A stretch of DNA of 64,000 nucleotides from Candidatus Bipolaricaulota bacterium. Lineage in GTDB: Bacteria > Bipolaricaulota > Bipolaricaulia > M55B111. The stretch is taken from NCBI GenBank assembly GCA_018335015.1, contig JAGXKX010000002.1, positions 316-64,315 of the forward strand, written 5' to 3'. The position numbers were made by a program, and so were the translations under genes. The first letter of the stretch is position 1. Each line of letters starts with the position of its first letter. A model generated the notes under the pieces. It made no database searches. It saw only the letters and a program-made list of their open reading frames with translations, and had not been told where the DNA came from. Positions 56,240 through 64,000 of this stretch are shown one piece after another.

Positions 56240-58243
56240 ATGAACGACGAAAAAAATAACGTATTAATTTGTAGCGCATGGCCCTATGCGTCAGGGATGC
56301 CTCATCTTGGAAACATCCAGACCTCCTTACTCTCGGGCGACGTGTTTTCTCGTTATTACAGGCTGAAGGGTCATTCCGTACTTTACGTTTCCGGTTCGGA
56401 CGCGCACGGCACCAGGATCGAATTCGAGGCGGAAAGGCAAAATATGGAGCCGGAAGAGCTGGCGAACGAGACGCACGAAAAGATACTCGAGATACTGGAG
56501 AACTTCAGGATAGAGTTCGATAATTATACCATTACCACGAATCCGACACACGAAGAATTCGTCCAGGAGATACACAGGCAGATGGATAACGAGGGATACA
56601 TACTTTCCAAGGAGGAGGAAAGGGCCTACTGCCATGATTGCCAGAGGTTCCTTGCCGATAGGTTTATAGAAGGGGCCTGTCCTGAATGCGGTTCGGACGG
56701 AGCCCACGGAAACCAGTGCGATAGCTGCGGCTCTCTCCTCGAGCCCGAGGAGCTGGTTCAGCCGAACTGCGCCATATGCGGCGGGGAGAATATTGAATTC
56801 AAAAACACTAGGCACTGGTATATTGATCTGGAGAAACTTCAGCCAGGGCTGGAGAAATACGTGGGTCAAAACTACGATGACTGGCAGGACAATGTAAAAA
56901 GATTCACCGATCAAATGCTTAAAGACGGACTCGAGCCCCGGGCCATTACCAGGGATATAGACTGGGGCATACCTGCTCCCTTTGAGGGTGCTGAGGAGAA
57001 GGTAATTTACGTCTGGGCCGAAGCTGCTCTAGGATACGTTTCGGCTACTATAGAGTATTTTGAGAAGAACGAAAGCGAGGAGAGCTGGGAGGATTACTGG
57101 TTTTCGGATGACGCTTTTCAGGTTTATACTCTTGCCAAGGACAATATTCCCTTCCACACTCTTCTGTTTCCCGGCCAGCTTTTAGCTTCCGGGCAGGGGT
57201 ATCACCTTCCGGACCAGATAAGTGCCGGAGAATACCTGAACTGGGTGGGTGGCAAGTCCTTCTCAAAAAGCAAAGGAGTTGGGATCTTCGCTGATGACGC
57301 CACGGAATTAATGGATCCGGTATTCTGGAGATTCTACCTGATTTTTCAGAGACCCGAGAAGAAGGACGTCGAGTTCTCCTGGTCCGAGCTCGATAAAGCC
57401 GTAAACAATATATTTATAGATAACGTAAGCAACTTCGTAAACAGGGTTACCTCCTTCGCTTATTCCAGGTTTGACGGAACCATCCCGGAAGGCAAGGTAG
57501 AGGAAAATGTAAACGAAAAGATAGAACGGACGGTTTCCGAGGTAGAGTCGATAATCGAGTCGGGAGGTCTTTCCGGTGCCTTAAGGGAAATCTGCGACCT
57601 GGCCAATTTTGGGAACGGCTATTTCCAGGAGAAGAAGCCCTGGGAGACGGAAGATGAAACCGTGGTACTGTCCAGCCTTAAGGTCGCCAAGGCAATTTCA
57701 GTTATGCTGGAACCGTTCGTGCCATCTTTCGCAAAGGAAGTTTACGAGATATTCGATCTGGACCAACCGGGCTGGGACGAGATAAAAAGGACCCCGTCAG
57801 GAAAACTTTCTGAGCCCAGACCCTTGCTTGAGAAACAGGATATTGAAGGCATAAGAGAAGGATACAAAAAAAGGGTAGAAAACAAAACCAGGCAAACGGA
57901 GGTAGAGCAGGAGATGAGCAAAGAAAAAATAAGCTTTGATGACTTTAACGCTTTGGACATGCGAGTTGGTAGAATCGTAAACGTAGATGAAATGCCGAGT
58001 GCCGACCGGCTGTACAAGATCAAGGTGGACGTTGGATTCGACGAACTTCAGACTGTATCAGGATTAAAAAACCATTACGAAGTTGCCGATCTCGAAGACA
58101 GACAGGTAGTAGTGCTGACGAATCTCGAGCCCGCTACAATTCACGGAGAAAAATCAGAGTGCATGCTACTTGCGGCTGAAGGAGAAGAACTAGCCCTGCT
58201 CGGTCTCGACAAAGAACTCGATCCGGGAGCAGAAATAGCCTAA
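56240..58243 (+). CDS. metG: methionine--tRNA ligase with C-terminal tRNA-binding (EMAP/Trbp111-like) domain
   Basis: PYASGMPHLGN (HIGH region), a zinc knuckle CPECG...CDSCG, KFSKSKG (KMSKS region) and a C-terminal MRVGRIV OB domain. ATG 56240 is preferred over the track start 56207. Confidence 0.95.
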   Translation: MNDEKNNVLICSAWPYASGMPHLGNIQTSLLSGDVFSRYYRLKGHSVLYVSGSDAHGTRIEFEAERQNMEPEELANETHEKILEILENFRIEFDNYTITTNPTHEEFVQEIHRQMDNEGYILSKEEERAYCHDCQRFLADRFIEGACPECGSDGAHGNQCDSCGSLLEPEELVQPNCAICGGENIEFKNTRHWYIDLEKLQPGLEKYVGQNYDDWQDNVKRFTDQMLKDGLEPRAITRDIDWGIPAPFEGAEEKVIYVWAEAALGYVSATIEYFEKNESEESWEDYWFSDDAFQVYTLAKDNIPFHTLLFPGQLLASGQGYHLPDQISAGEYLNWVGGKSFSKSKGVGIFADDATELMDPVFWRFYLIFQRPEKKDVEFSWSELDKAVNNIFIDNVSNFVNRVTSFAYSRFDGTIPEGKVEENVNEKIERTVSEVESIIESGGLSGALREICDLANFGNGYFQEKKPWETEDETVVLSSLKVAKAISVMLEPFVPSFAKEVYEIFDLDQPGWDEIKRTPSGKLSEPRPLLEKQDIEGIREGYKKRVENKTRQTEVEQEMSKEKISFDDFNALDMRVGRIVNVDEMPSADRLYKIKVDVGFDELQTVSGLKNHYEVADLEDRQVVVLTNLEPATIHGEKSECMLLAAEGEELALLGLDKELDPGAEIA

Positions 58244-58311
58244 ATTCCCGGCGCTATAGAGCGGCAGGGTTGAAAATCAGTGGAAACGTAAATTAGAATC
58301 TGGAGGAAACA

Positions 58312-58626
58312 ATGTATGCAATTATAGAAACAGGCGGTAAACAGTATAGAGTCGAACCCGAGGAAGAGTTAAAGGTAGAAAAGTTGAAAGGAAAAGGAGT
58401 CGGGGAAACGGTCAAATTCGACAAAGTACTAATGGTGAACGATGAAGGAGGAGTGGAAGTAGGAAGACCTTACCTCGAAGATTCCGTCGTAGAAGGGGAG
58501 ATAGTTGAAAACGACAAAGAGGAAAAAGTTACCGTATTTACCTACAAGAAGAGGAAAGGCCAGAGAAGAAAACTAGGTCACAGACAGCCTTATATGAAGG
58601 TTAGGATAGATAGCATTTCTTCTTAA
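58312..58626 (+). CDS. rplU: 50S ribosomal protein L21
   Basis: The MYAIIETGGKQYRV N-terminus is diagnostic. Confidence 0.97.
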   Translation: MYAIIETGGKQYRVEPEEELKVEKLKGKGVGETVKFDKVLMVNDEGGVEVGRPYLEDSVVEGEIVENDKEEKVTVFTYKKRKGQRRKLGHRQPYMKVRIDSISS

Positions 58627-58641
58627 ACGAGGGGAGATAAA

Positions 58642-58893
58642 ATGGCTCATAAAGTAAGTAGTGGTTCTACGCAAAACGTTCACGATACGGCCGGTAAGCG
58701 ACTGGGCGTAAAAAAGTTCGGGGACGAATGGGTAGAACCCGGAAATATTATAGTCAGGCAAAGAGGAACGAAGTTTAAACCAGGAGAAAACGTAGGAATG
58801 GGAAGGGACCATACTATTTTTGCTAAAGTTTCCGGTCAGGTGAAGTTCGAAGGATCAGGAGACAAGTATATAAGTGTCGTTCCTCCCTCCTAA
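58642..58893 (+). CDS. rpmA: 50S ribosomal protein L27
   Basis: [27 protein letters not shown]. There is no Prp-cleaved N-terminal extension and no prp gene between rplU and rpmA. Confidence 0.97.
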   Translation: MAHKVSSGSTQNVHDTAGKRLGVKKFGDEWVEPGNIIVRQRGTKFKPGENVGMGRDHTIFAKVSGQVKFEGSGDKYISVVPPS

Positions 58894-58951
58894 AAATCAC
58901 TCCAACTTTTACTTTGTGCCACCGGTGACAAGGGACAGGATTTGATAGGGT

Positions 58952-60235
58952 ATGTTTGTAGACGAAGCTACCATAACGGTTAAAGCAGGTGACGGTGGGC
59001 ACGGTATAATAAGCTTCGAAAATCAGCTTGGACAGCGCCACGGAAGACCGGACGGAGGCAACGGCGGAAAAGGTGGGAATGTATATCTTCGCGCCGACAG
59101 GAGCGTAAATACCTTACTCAGATTCGACAAGAAGAACACTTTTCGTGCCGATAGCGGAGAGAAAGGTGGTACTCAGGACAAAACCGGCAAGTCCGCAGAA
59201 GATCTTTATATTGAAGTTCCTGTGGGAACTATGATCTTTAATGGGGAAACCGACGAGAAGCTCGCCGATCTAAACGAGCAGGGTCAGGAGATCCTGATAG
59301 CCAGTGGTGGCTCCGGCGGTCGAGGGAACAGGGCTTTCTCTTCTTCGAAAAATACCGCTCCTCGGATTCGGGAGTTGGGAGAAAAGGGAGAGGAGAGGTA
59401 TCTCCGCCTGGAGCTGCGAATGCTAGCTGACGTTGGAATAGTCGGATTTCCCAATGTAGGTAAATCAAGCTTGATCTCCAAGATTTCCGCTCAGAATCCT
59501 AAGATCGGGAATTATCACTTTACCACGATGGATCCCCATCCGGGTGTGGTGGCGGTGGACGAATGGAACGAGTTCGTAGCCGTCGACATACCGGGGATAA
59601 TTGAAGGTGCACATAAAGGTAAGGGTCTTGGTGATCAATTCTTGAAACACCTAACAAGGACGAGAGTATTGATTCACATGGTAGATATCTCGGGAATTGA
59701 AGGAAGAGACCCTCTGGAAGACTGGAAGGTATTTCGGAACGAACTCCGGGAATACGACAGTTCCCTCGAAGAAACTCCGGAAATCGTCGCCGGTAACAAG
59801 ATAGATCTAGTTGACCCTGAGGAAGTTGATGGACAAAAAAAGAGATTTGATGAAGAAGGTCTCGAGTTATACCCCATCTCCGCGGCAACGGGAGAAGGCA
59901 TAGATAAACTGGTTAAAGAAACTTACGAGTTATTGCAGCATCAGGACGAGAGAGTCGGAGAGGAAAGGGAGAAAGCGGCGCGCGGGGACCACAAGGTTTA
60001 TCGGTTTGAGGGAGAGAGCGGCTTTAGAGTCTTACAGAAGGAGGATAAATACGTCGTCGAGGGGCGGGAAATAGAGAAATTGGCGCAAAAGCTTGACTTT
60101 TCCACTGAAGATGCACCCGATTATTTCCACCGAAGATTGGAAAAACAGGGTGTCATCAGTAAGTTGAAGGAGAAAGGAGCCCGTGACGGAAGCATAATTG
60201 AAATTGGAGGCATGGAGTTTGAGCTCGTGCTCTAG
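58952..60235 (+). CDS. obg: GTPase Obg/CgtA
   Basis: N-terminal MFVDEATITVKAGDGGHG Obg fold, G domain GFPNVGKSS and a C-terminal OCT-like domain. Confidence 0.95.
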   Translation: MFVDEATITVKAGDGGHGIISFENQLGQRHGRPDGGNGGKGGNVYLRADRSVNTLLRFDKKNTFRADSGEKGGTQDKTGKSAEDLYIEVPVGTMIFNGETDEKLADLNEQGQEILIASGGSGGRGNRAFSSSKNTAPRIRELGEKGEERYLRLELRMLADVGIVGFPNVGKSSLISKISAQNPKIGNYHFTTMDPHPGVVAVDEWNEFVAVDIPGIIEGAHKGKGLGDQFLKHLTRTRVLIHMVDISGIEGRDPLEDWKVFRNELREYDSSLEETPEIVAGNKIDLVDPEEVDGQKKRFDEEGLELYPISAATGEGIDKLVKETYELLQHQDERVGEEREKAARGDHKVYRFEGESGFRVLQKEDKYVVEGREIEKLAQKLDFSTEDAPDYFHRRLEKQGVISKLKEKGARDGSIIEIGGMEFELVL

Positions 60236-60836
60236 AGTTGGCCTGTTTGGAGGGACTTTCGATCCGATTCACAACGCTCATCTGGAAGTAGCAAGGCAGT
60301 CCCTGGCCCAGATGAACCTGAGCAAGGTAATACTAATACCGTCGAAACATCCTCCCCACAAATCCGAGGAGGGCATGACCGAAGCTGATGTGCGATACGA
60401 GATGGTTAAGATTGCTATAAAGGGAAAAGACGACCTGGAGGTTTCTTCGGTTGAGATCAATCGTAAGGGGCCTTCTTATACAATTGACACGTTAAAAGAG
60501 ATGAAGGAAGTCTACGGAAAAATTGCCTTTATCGTCGGGGCTGATAACCTTATAAATATAGATACGTGGAAGGAGCCGGAAAAGTTGCTTGATAGCTGCC
60601 CCTTCATAGTGGCTCCCAGAGGGGGTATCCTGAAAGGAGATTTCGAAAAGGATATCTTTGAAGAAAAGGATTTGAGGTTTCTAAATATGAGTGAAATATC
60701 GCTTTCCTCTACGGAAGTGAGAGAAAGGATAATGGAAGGACAACCCGTAGACGGGATGGTACCGGAAAGGGTTCGAAATTTTATCCGCGAAAAAGATCTT
60801 TACAGAGTGGTACCGGAAGAAGTATCGGAAAGCTAA
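60219..60836 (+). CDS. nadD: nicotinate-nucleotide adenylyltransferase
   Basis: GLFGGTFDPIHNAH motif. There is no in-frame ATG. TTG 60219 lies 8 nt after GGAGG (60206-60210), and the track start is TTG 60198. It overlaps the obg 3' end. Confidence 0.85.
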   Translation: MSSCSRVGLFGGTFDPIHNAHLEVARQSLAQMNLSKVILIPSKHPPHKSEEGMTEADVRYEMVKIAIKGKDDLEVSSVEINRKGPSYTIDTLKEMKEVYGKIAFIVGADNLINIDTWKEPEKLLDSCPFIVAPRGGILKGDFEKDIFEEKDLRFLNMSEISLSSTEVRERIMEGQPVDGMVPERVRNFIREKDLYRVVPEEVSES

Positions 60837-60860
60837 TTTTTTACATCAAGGAGGGAGAAA

Positions 60861-61364
60861 ATCTCTAACGACACTAGAGTTAATCACGAAATTACTGCAG
60901 GAGAGGTAAGGGTTATCGATAAAGACGGAGAACAGGTCGGAGTCATGAGTCTGGAGGACGCCTTAAAGGAGGCGGAGGAGCGAGATTTAGATCTCGTGGA
61001 AGTTGCACCGGAAGCAGACCCGGTCGTAGCAAAGATTCTTGACTACGGAAAGTACAAGTACAAGCAGCAAAAGAAGAAACAAAAACAGCAAAAAAAGAAG
61101 AAGTTAAAGACAATAAAGTTTTCCATCAAGATAGAGGAACACGATTTCAATACCAAGGTAAACCATATCAAAAAGTTCCTCAAGGACGGGCACAAAGTTC
61201 GAGCTACGGTCTTCTTTAGGGGCAGAGAAAAAGCGCACAAGGACAGAGGCTACGATCTTTTGAACGATATAAAAGAGGAAGTTCAGGAAGTAGGAGAAGT
61301 AGACCAGGAGCCAACTCAGAAGGGTCAAGTCGTTCAGATGCTGTTAAAACCAGGAGGAGATTAA
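60861..61364 (+). CDS. infC: translation initiation factor IF-3, non-canonical ATC start
   Basis: The conserved N-terminal IF-3 sequence RVNHEITAGEVRVIDKDGEQVGVMSLEDAL is encoded upstream of the first ATG (60945). The frame is closed by TAA at 60834-60836. The only SD-supported start is ATC 60861, 6 nt after GGAGG (60850-60854). Confidence 0.8.
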   Translation: MSNDTRVNHEITAGEVRVIDKDGEQVGVMSLEDALKEAEERDLDLVEVAPEADPVVAKILDYGKYKYKQQKKKQKQQKKKKLKTIKFSIKIEEHDFNTKVNHIKKFLKDGHKVRATVFFRGREKAHKDRGYDLLNDIKEEVQEVGEVDQEPTQKGQVVQMLLKPGGD

Positions 61365-61365
61365 T

Positions 61366-61560
61366 TTGCCGAAGAAGAAAACACACAAAGGAATTGCAAA
61401 GAGATTCAAGAAGTCAAAAAACGGTAAGCTGACTCACAAGAAATCAGGTTACGTGCACAAGAGGACTAAGAAGAAACCATCAAACAAAAGGGACGCCCGA
61501 AAGGACAAGGAAGTAAAGGGTAAAACCAAGAAGAACCTGGAAAAGCTACTATCATCTTAG
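61366..61560 (+). CDS. rpmI: 50S ribosomal protein L35
   Basis: MPKKKTHKGIAKRFKKSKNGKL. TTG start 1 nt after the infC stop. Confidence 0.95.
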   Translation: MPKKKTHKGIAKRFKKSKNGKLTHKKSGYVHKRTKKKPSNKRDARKDKEVKGKTKKNLEKLLSS

Positions 61561-61609
61561 TATTTAACAAATCAGAACTGGATAATTTGGTATAATTCGG
61601 AGGTAACTT

Positions 61610-61969
61610 ATGCCCAGGGCAACAAGAGGAAATTCAAGACTAAAATCGAGGAAGAAGATTCTCAAGCGGTCGAAAGGCTTCTACGGCAAGCGAAGGAACT
61701 GTTATAAGATAGCAAAACAATCCGTGATGAAGGCACTTAAGAATGCCTACGTAGATAGACGGAGAAAGAAGAGAGAGTTCCGGAAGTTGTGGATCACGAG
61801 GATAGGAGCAGCTTCAAGCAATAGAGGTCTTTCCTATTCGAAGTTTATGGGTGGGCTGAATAAGGCCGACGTCGAGCTTAACAGGAAAATGCTCGCCGAT
61901 ATCGCCGTAAGGGACCCGGAGACGTTCGATCACCTTGTAGATATCGCAGAGGATGAAGTCAGTAATTAA
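61610..61969 (+). CDS. rplT: 50S ribosomal protein L20
   Basis: [27 protein letters not shown]-terminus. Confidence 0.97.
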   Translation: MPRATRGNSRLKSRKKILKRSKGFYGKRRNCYKIAKQSVMKALKNAYVDRRRKKREFRKLWITRIGAASSNRGLSYSKFMGGLNKADVELNRKMLADIAVRDPETFDHLVDIAEDEVSN

Positions 61970-61972
61970 CGC

Positions 61973-62845
61973 ATGAATCTTCAAGGCCTTATTGCAAAAT
62001 TCGAGGAATACTGGAGAAAGCAAGGTTGTTTGGTTATTCAGCCTTACGACGTCGAGACCGGAGCTGGAACTTTTAATCCGGGAACTTTTTTCGGTTCATT
62101 GGGTTCGGACCCTCTTAAAGTTGCCTATGTAGAGCCAAGCCGAAGACCTCCCGACGGAAGGTATGGAAAGAACCCTATCAGGGTCCGGCAACACCACCAG
62201 TATCAGGTAGTCCTTAAACCTCCACCGGAGAAGAGCCAGGAACTCTATCTCGAGAGCCTTGAGTATATAGGAATAGATCTGGCCGCTCACGACGTGAGAT
62301 TTGTCGATGACAACTGGGAGTCACCTTCACTGGGCGCGAGAGGGACCGGATGGGAGGTCTGGATCGACGGCCTTGAGATTACCCAGTTCACGTACTTTCA
62401 GAGAGTTGGCGGGATAGATCTGGACCCCGTCTGTGTGGAGCTCGCTTACGGCCTTGAGCGTATTGCAACTTTCATTCAGGACACGGAAAGTGTTTACGAC
62501 CTGGATTGGAACGATCAATTTTCCTACCGCAGGATTTTTCAGGAAAAGGAACGCCAGTTTTCTTCATACAATTTTGATCTGGCGAGCGTCGACGATAACC
62601 AGGAATTGTTCAAAATTGCGGAGCGAGAAGCGAAAAAATGCCTGGAAGAAAACCTATTCTATCCCGCTTACGACATGACTTTAAAAGCCGCCCATTATTT
62701 CAATATTCTATTGGCCAGGAATGCCATAAGCGTCACGGAGAGGGAAAAGTATATAAGAGGGATCAGGAATCTGGCTGAAGCCGTAGCTTCTCAGTACGTT
62801 AAAAGTCTGGAGGATACCCCCGATGAGCGAAGACCTATTATTTGA
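61973..62845 (+). CDS. glyQ: glycine--tRNA ligase alpha subunit
   Basis: LIAKFEEYWRKQGCLVIQPYDVETGAGTFNP is diagnostic of GlyQ. Confidence 0.97.
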   Translation: MNLQGLIAKFEEYWRKQGCLVIQPYDVETGAGTFNPGTFFGSLGSDPLKVAYVEPSRRPPDGRYGKNPIRVRQHHQYQVVLKPPPEKSQELYLESLEYIGIDLAAHDVRFVDDNWESPSLGARGTGWEVWIDGLEITQFTYFQRVGGIDLDPVCVELAYGLERIATFIQDTESVYDLDWNDQFSYRRIFQEKERQFSSYNFDLASVDDNQELFKIAEREAKKCLEENLFYPAYDMTLKAAHYFNILLARNAISVTEREKYIRGIRNLAEAVASQYVKSLEDTPDERRPII

Positions 62846-64000
62846 ACTGGGAACGGAGGAAATCCCGCCCGCTTTTCTTCCAGAAGTTGCCGAAAACTTA
62901 GAGGAGGATTTGCGGGAAAGTTTAAAAGGCGAGAGGCTGGACTTCGGGGAAACTGAGCTGTTCTATACTCCACGAAGGCTGGCAGTACGGATAAAGGACC
63001 TCCAGGAACGCCAGGAAGATAGGCTAGAAAAACACCGAGGGCCGTCCGAGGGGATCGGGCTAGACGAAGATGGTAATTATACAATCGCCGCGAAAAAGTT
63101 TGCCCAGGGGCACGGGGCGACGGAAGACGACCTTTACTTAGAAGAAACTGAAGACGGCACCTATTTTTTCGTTGACGAGAAGGTGGAAGGAAAAAAAGCC
63201 GGTGAGTTGCTTCCGGACCTGCTATCGTCGGTGACCAAGAACCTGGAGCAGCCCGAAAAGATGCGCTGGGACGACTCGTCGGTCAGGTTTATCAGGCCGA
63301 TACGATGGATAACTTGCCTTCTGGGTTCGAAGGAAGTGGGTCTCGCCATCGGGCACGTAAAGGCTTCCGGGATTACGAGAGGGCACAGACTACATGGAAG
63401 CGAACAAGTTGCTCTGGATAATCCTGGCCAGTACGAGGAGAAGCTAAAGGGGAATTACGTAATTCCCGATCCGGAGACCAGGTTGGAAAAAATGGAAGCC
63501 CAGGTCTCAAAAGTTACAACCGGGGTTGGTGCTTCGATGGCTTCGGGGCAAGAATTCCTTGAGTTGCTTTCCAATACACTCGAATACCCTGCGATTGTCA
63601 GCGGTAGTTTTCCGGATAAATTTCTCGACCTTCCTGCGGAACTATTGTTCAAGACACTTACCGGCGAGGCCCGGTTGATACCGCTCCTCGACTCGGAAGG
63701 TGAGCCTATTTCTACTTTTATCGGGTTCAGAGACGGGCCCGGTGACGAAACGGACAGGGTGAAGCAAGGATACGAGTCGGTAATAAACGCAAGATTAAGA
63801 GACTCCAAGTTTTTCTTTAGTCACGACAGAGAGCGCCCCCTGGATGAATACCTGGGCGAATTGAAGTCCGTAACGTTTCAGGAAAAACTGGGGTCGATAC
63901 ACGACAAGGTCGACAGAATGAGGAAAGTAGCTGAGCAGCTTTCCTCAACGCTAGACGGGGCTGACGCGGAGCTTGCCGACAGAACGGTCCAGTTATCCAA
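62823..64000 (+). CDS. glyS: glycine--tRNA ligase beta subunit (5' part; continues beyond the window)
   Basis: ATG 62823 overlaps the glyQ 3' end by 23 nt. My translation MSEDLLFELGTEEIPPAFLPEVAENL matches the conserved GlyS N-terminus. The frame stays open to the window end, so it is not in the ORF track. Confidence 0.9.
   Translation, partial: MSEDLLFELGTEEIPPAFLPEVAENLEEDLRESLKGERLDFGETELFYTPRRLAVRIKDLQERQEDRLEKHRGPSEGIGLDEDGNYTIAAKKFAQGHGATEDDLYLEETEDGTYFFVDEKVEGKKAGELLPDLLSSVTKNLEQPEKMRWDDSSVRFIRPIRWITCLLGSKEVGLAIGHVKASGITRGHRLHGSEQVALDNPGQYEEKLKGNYVIPDPETRLEKMEAQVSKVTTGVGASMASGQEFLELLSNTLEYPAIVSGSFPDKFLDLPAELLFKTLTGEARLIPLLDSEGEPISTFIGFRDGPGDETDRVKQGYESVINARLRDSKFFFSHDRERPLDEYLGELKSVTFQEKLGSIHDKVDRMRKVAEQLSSTLDGADAELADRTVQLS

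Noticed and set aside
1-64000. A novel defence, toxin-antitoxin, secretion or biosynthetic gene cluster
   Set aside because: Every ORF longer than 100 aa except three small acidic proteins has a plausible housekeeping or metabolic assignment. There are no nucleases, helicases, ATPases or reverse transcriptases of unknown role, no integrase or phage genes, and no obvious compositional island. I therefore do not claim a protein-encoded novel system in this window.

Overview
This is a 64-kb chromosomal segment from a bacterium, probably an uncultivated diderm lineage. Its proteins are rich in Glu, Lys and Asp, its periplasmic binding protein has a Sec-type signal peptide, and one protein ends like an outer-membrane protein. 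Coding density is high and the content is almost entirely housekeeping. Genes in order: (1) a LacI-linked sugar locus with a TIM-barrel isomerase, two Gfo/Idh/MocA oxidoreductases, a sugar ABC transporter and xylA; (2) a reductive-dehalogenase-like protein and a nitroreductase; (3) tRNA-Leu(GAG)-plsX-fabH-fabD-fabG-acpP; (4) asnS, an S9 peptidase, hppA, gltX, uvrB, ruvB, an nrnA-like DHH protein, ribF and cca; (5) a DRG-like GTPase, lpd, apgM, an aminotransferase, sufS-sufU and folB; (6) a PAS-GAF-GGDEF protein, a DUF4384-PEGA outer-membrane protein and fdhD; (7) metG, rplU-rpmA-obg-nadD, infC-rpmI-rplT and glyQ-glyS. I found no rRNA, CRISPR array, transposase, integrase, phage gene, or recognisable defence or toxin-antitoxin operon, so I cannot support a claim of a new multi-gene protein system here. 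What the gene map does not explain is non-coding. The first item is a very dense family of roughly 130-250 bp (typically ~200 bp) MITE-like long-palindrome elements. There are 11 clear copies and 2 possible relics, about 2.2 kb or 3.4 percent of the window. They have CTCAG...CTGAG-type inverted termini and a conserved ~85-nt core hairpin whose outer stem co-varies between copies. The second item is a separate ~400-bp cluster of nested inverted and direct repeats with strand-specific terminator-like hairpins at 10.66-11.05 kb. Functions are assigned from my reading of the translated ORFs and their motifs, with no database search. Several start codons were moved from the ORF-track maximum to internal starts that have Shine-Dalgarno support.
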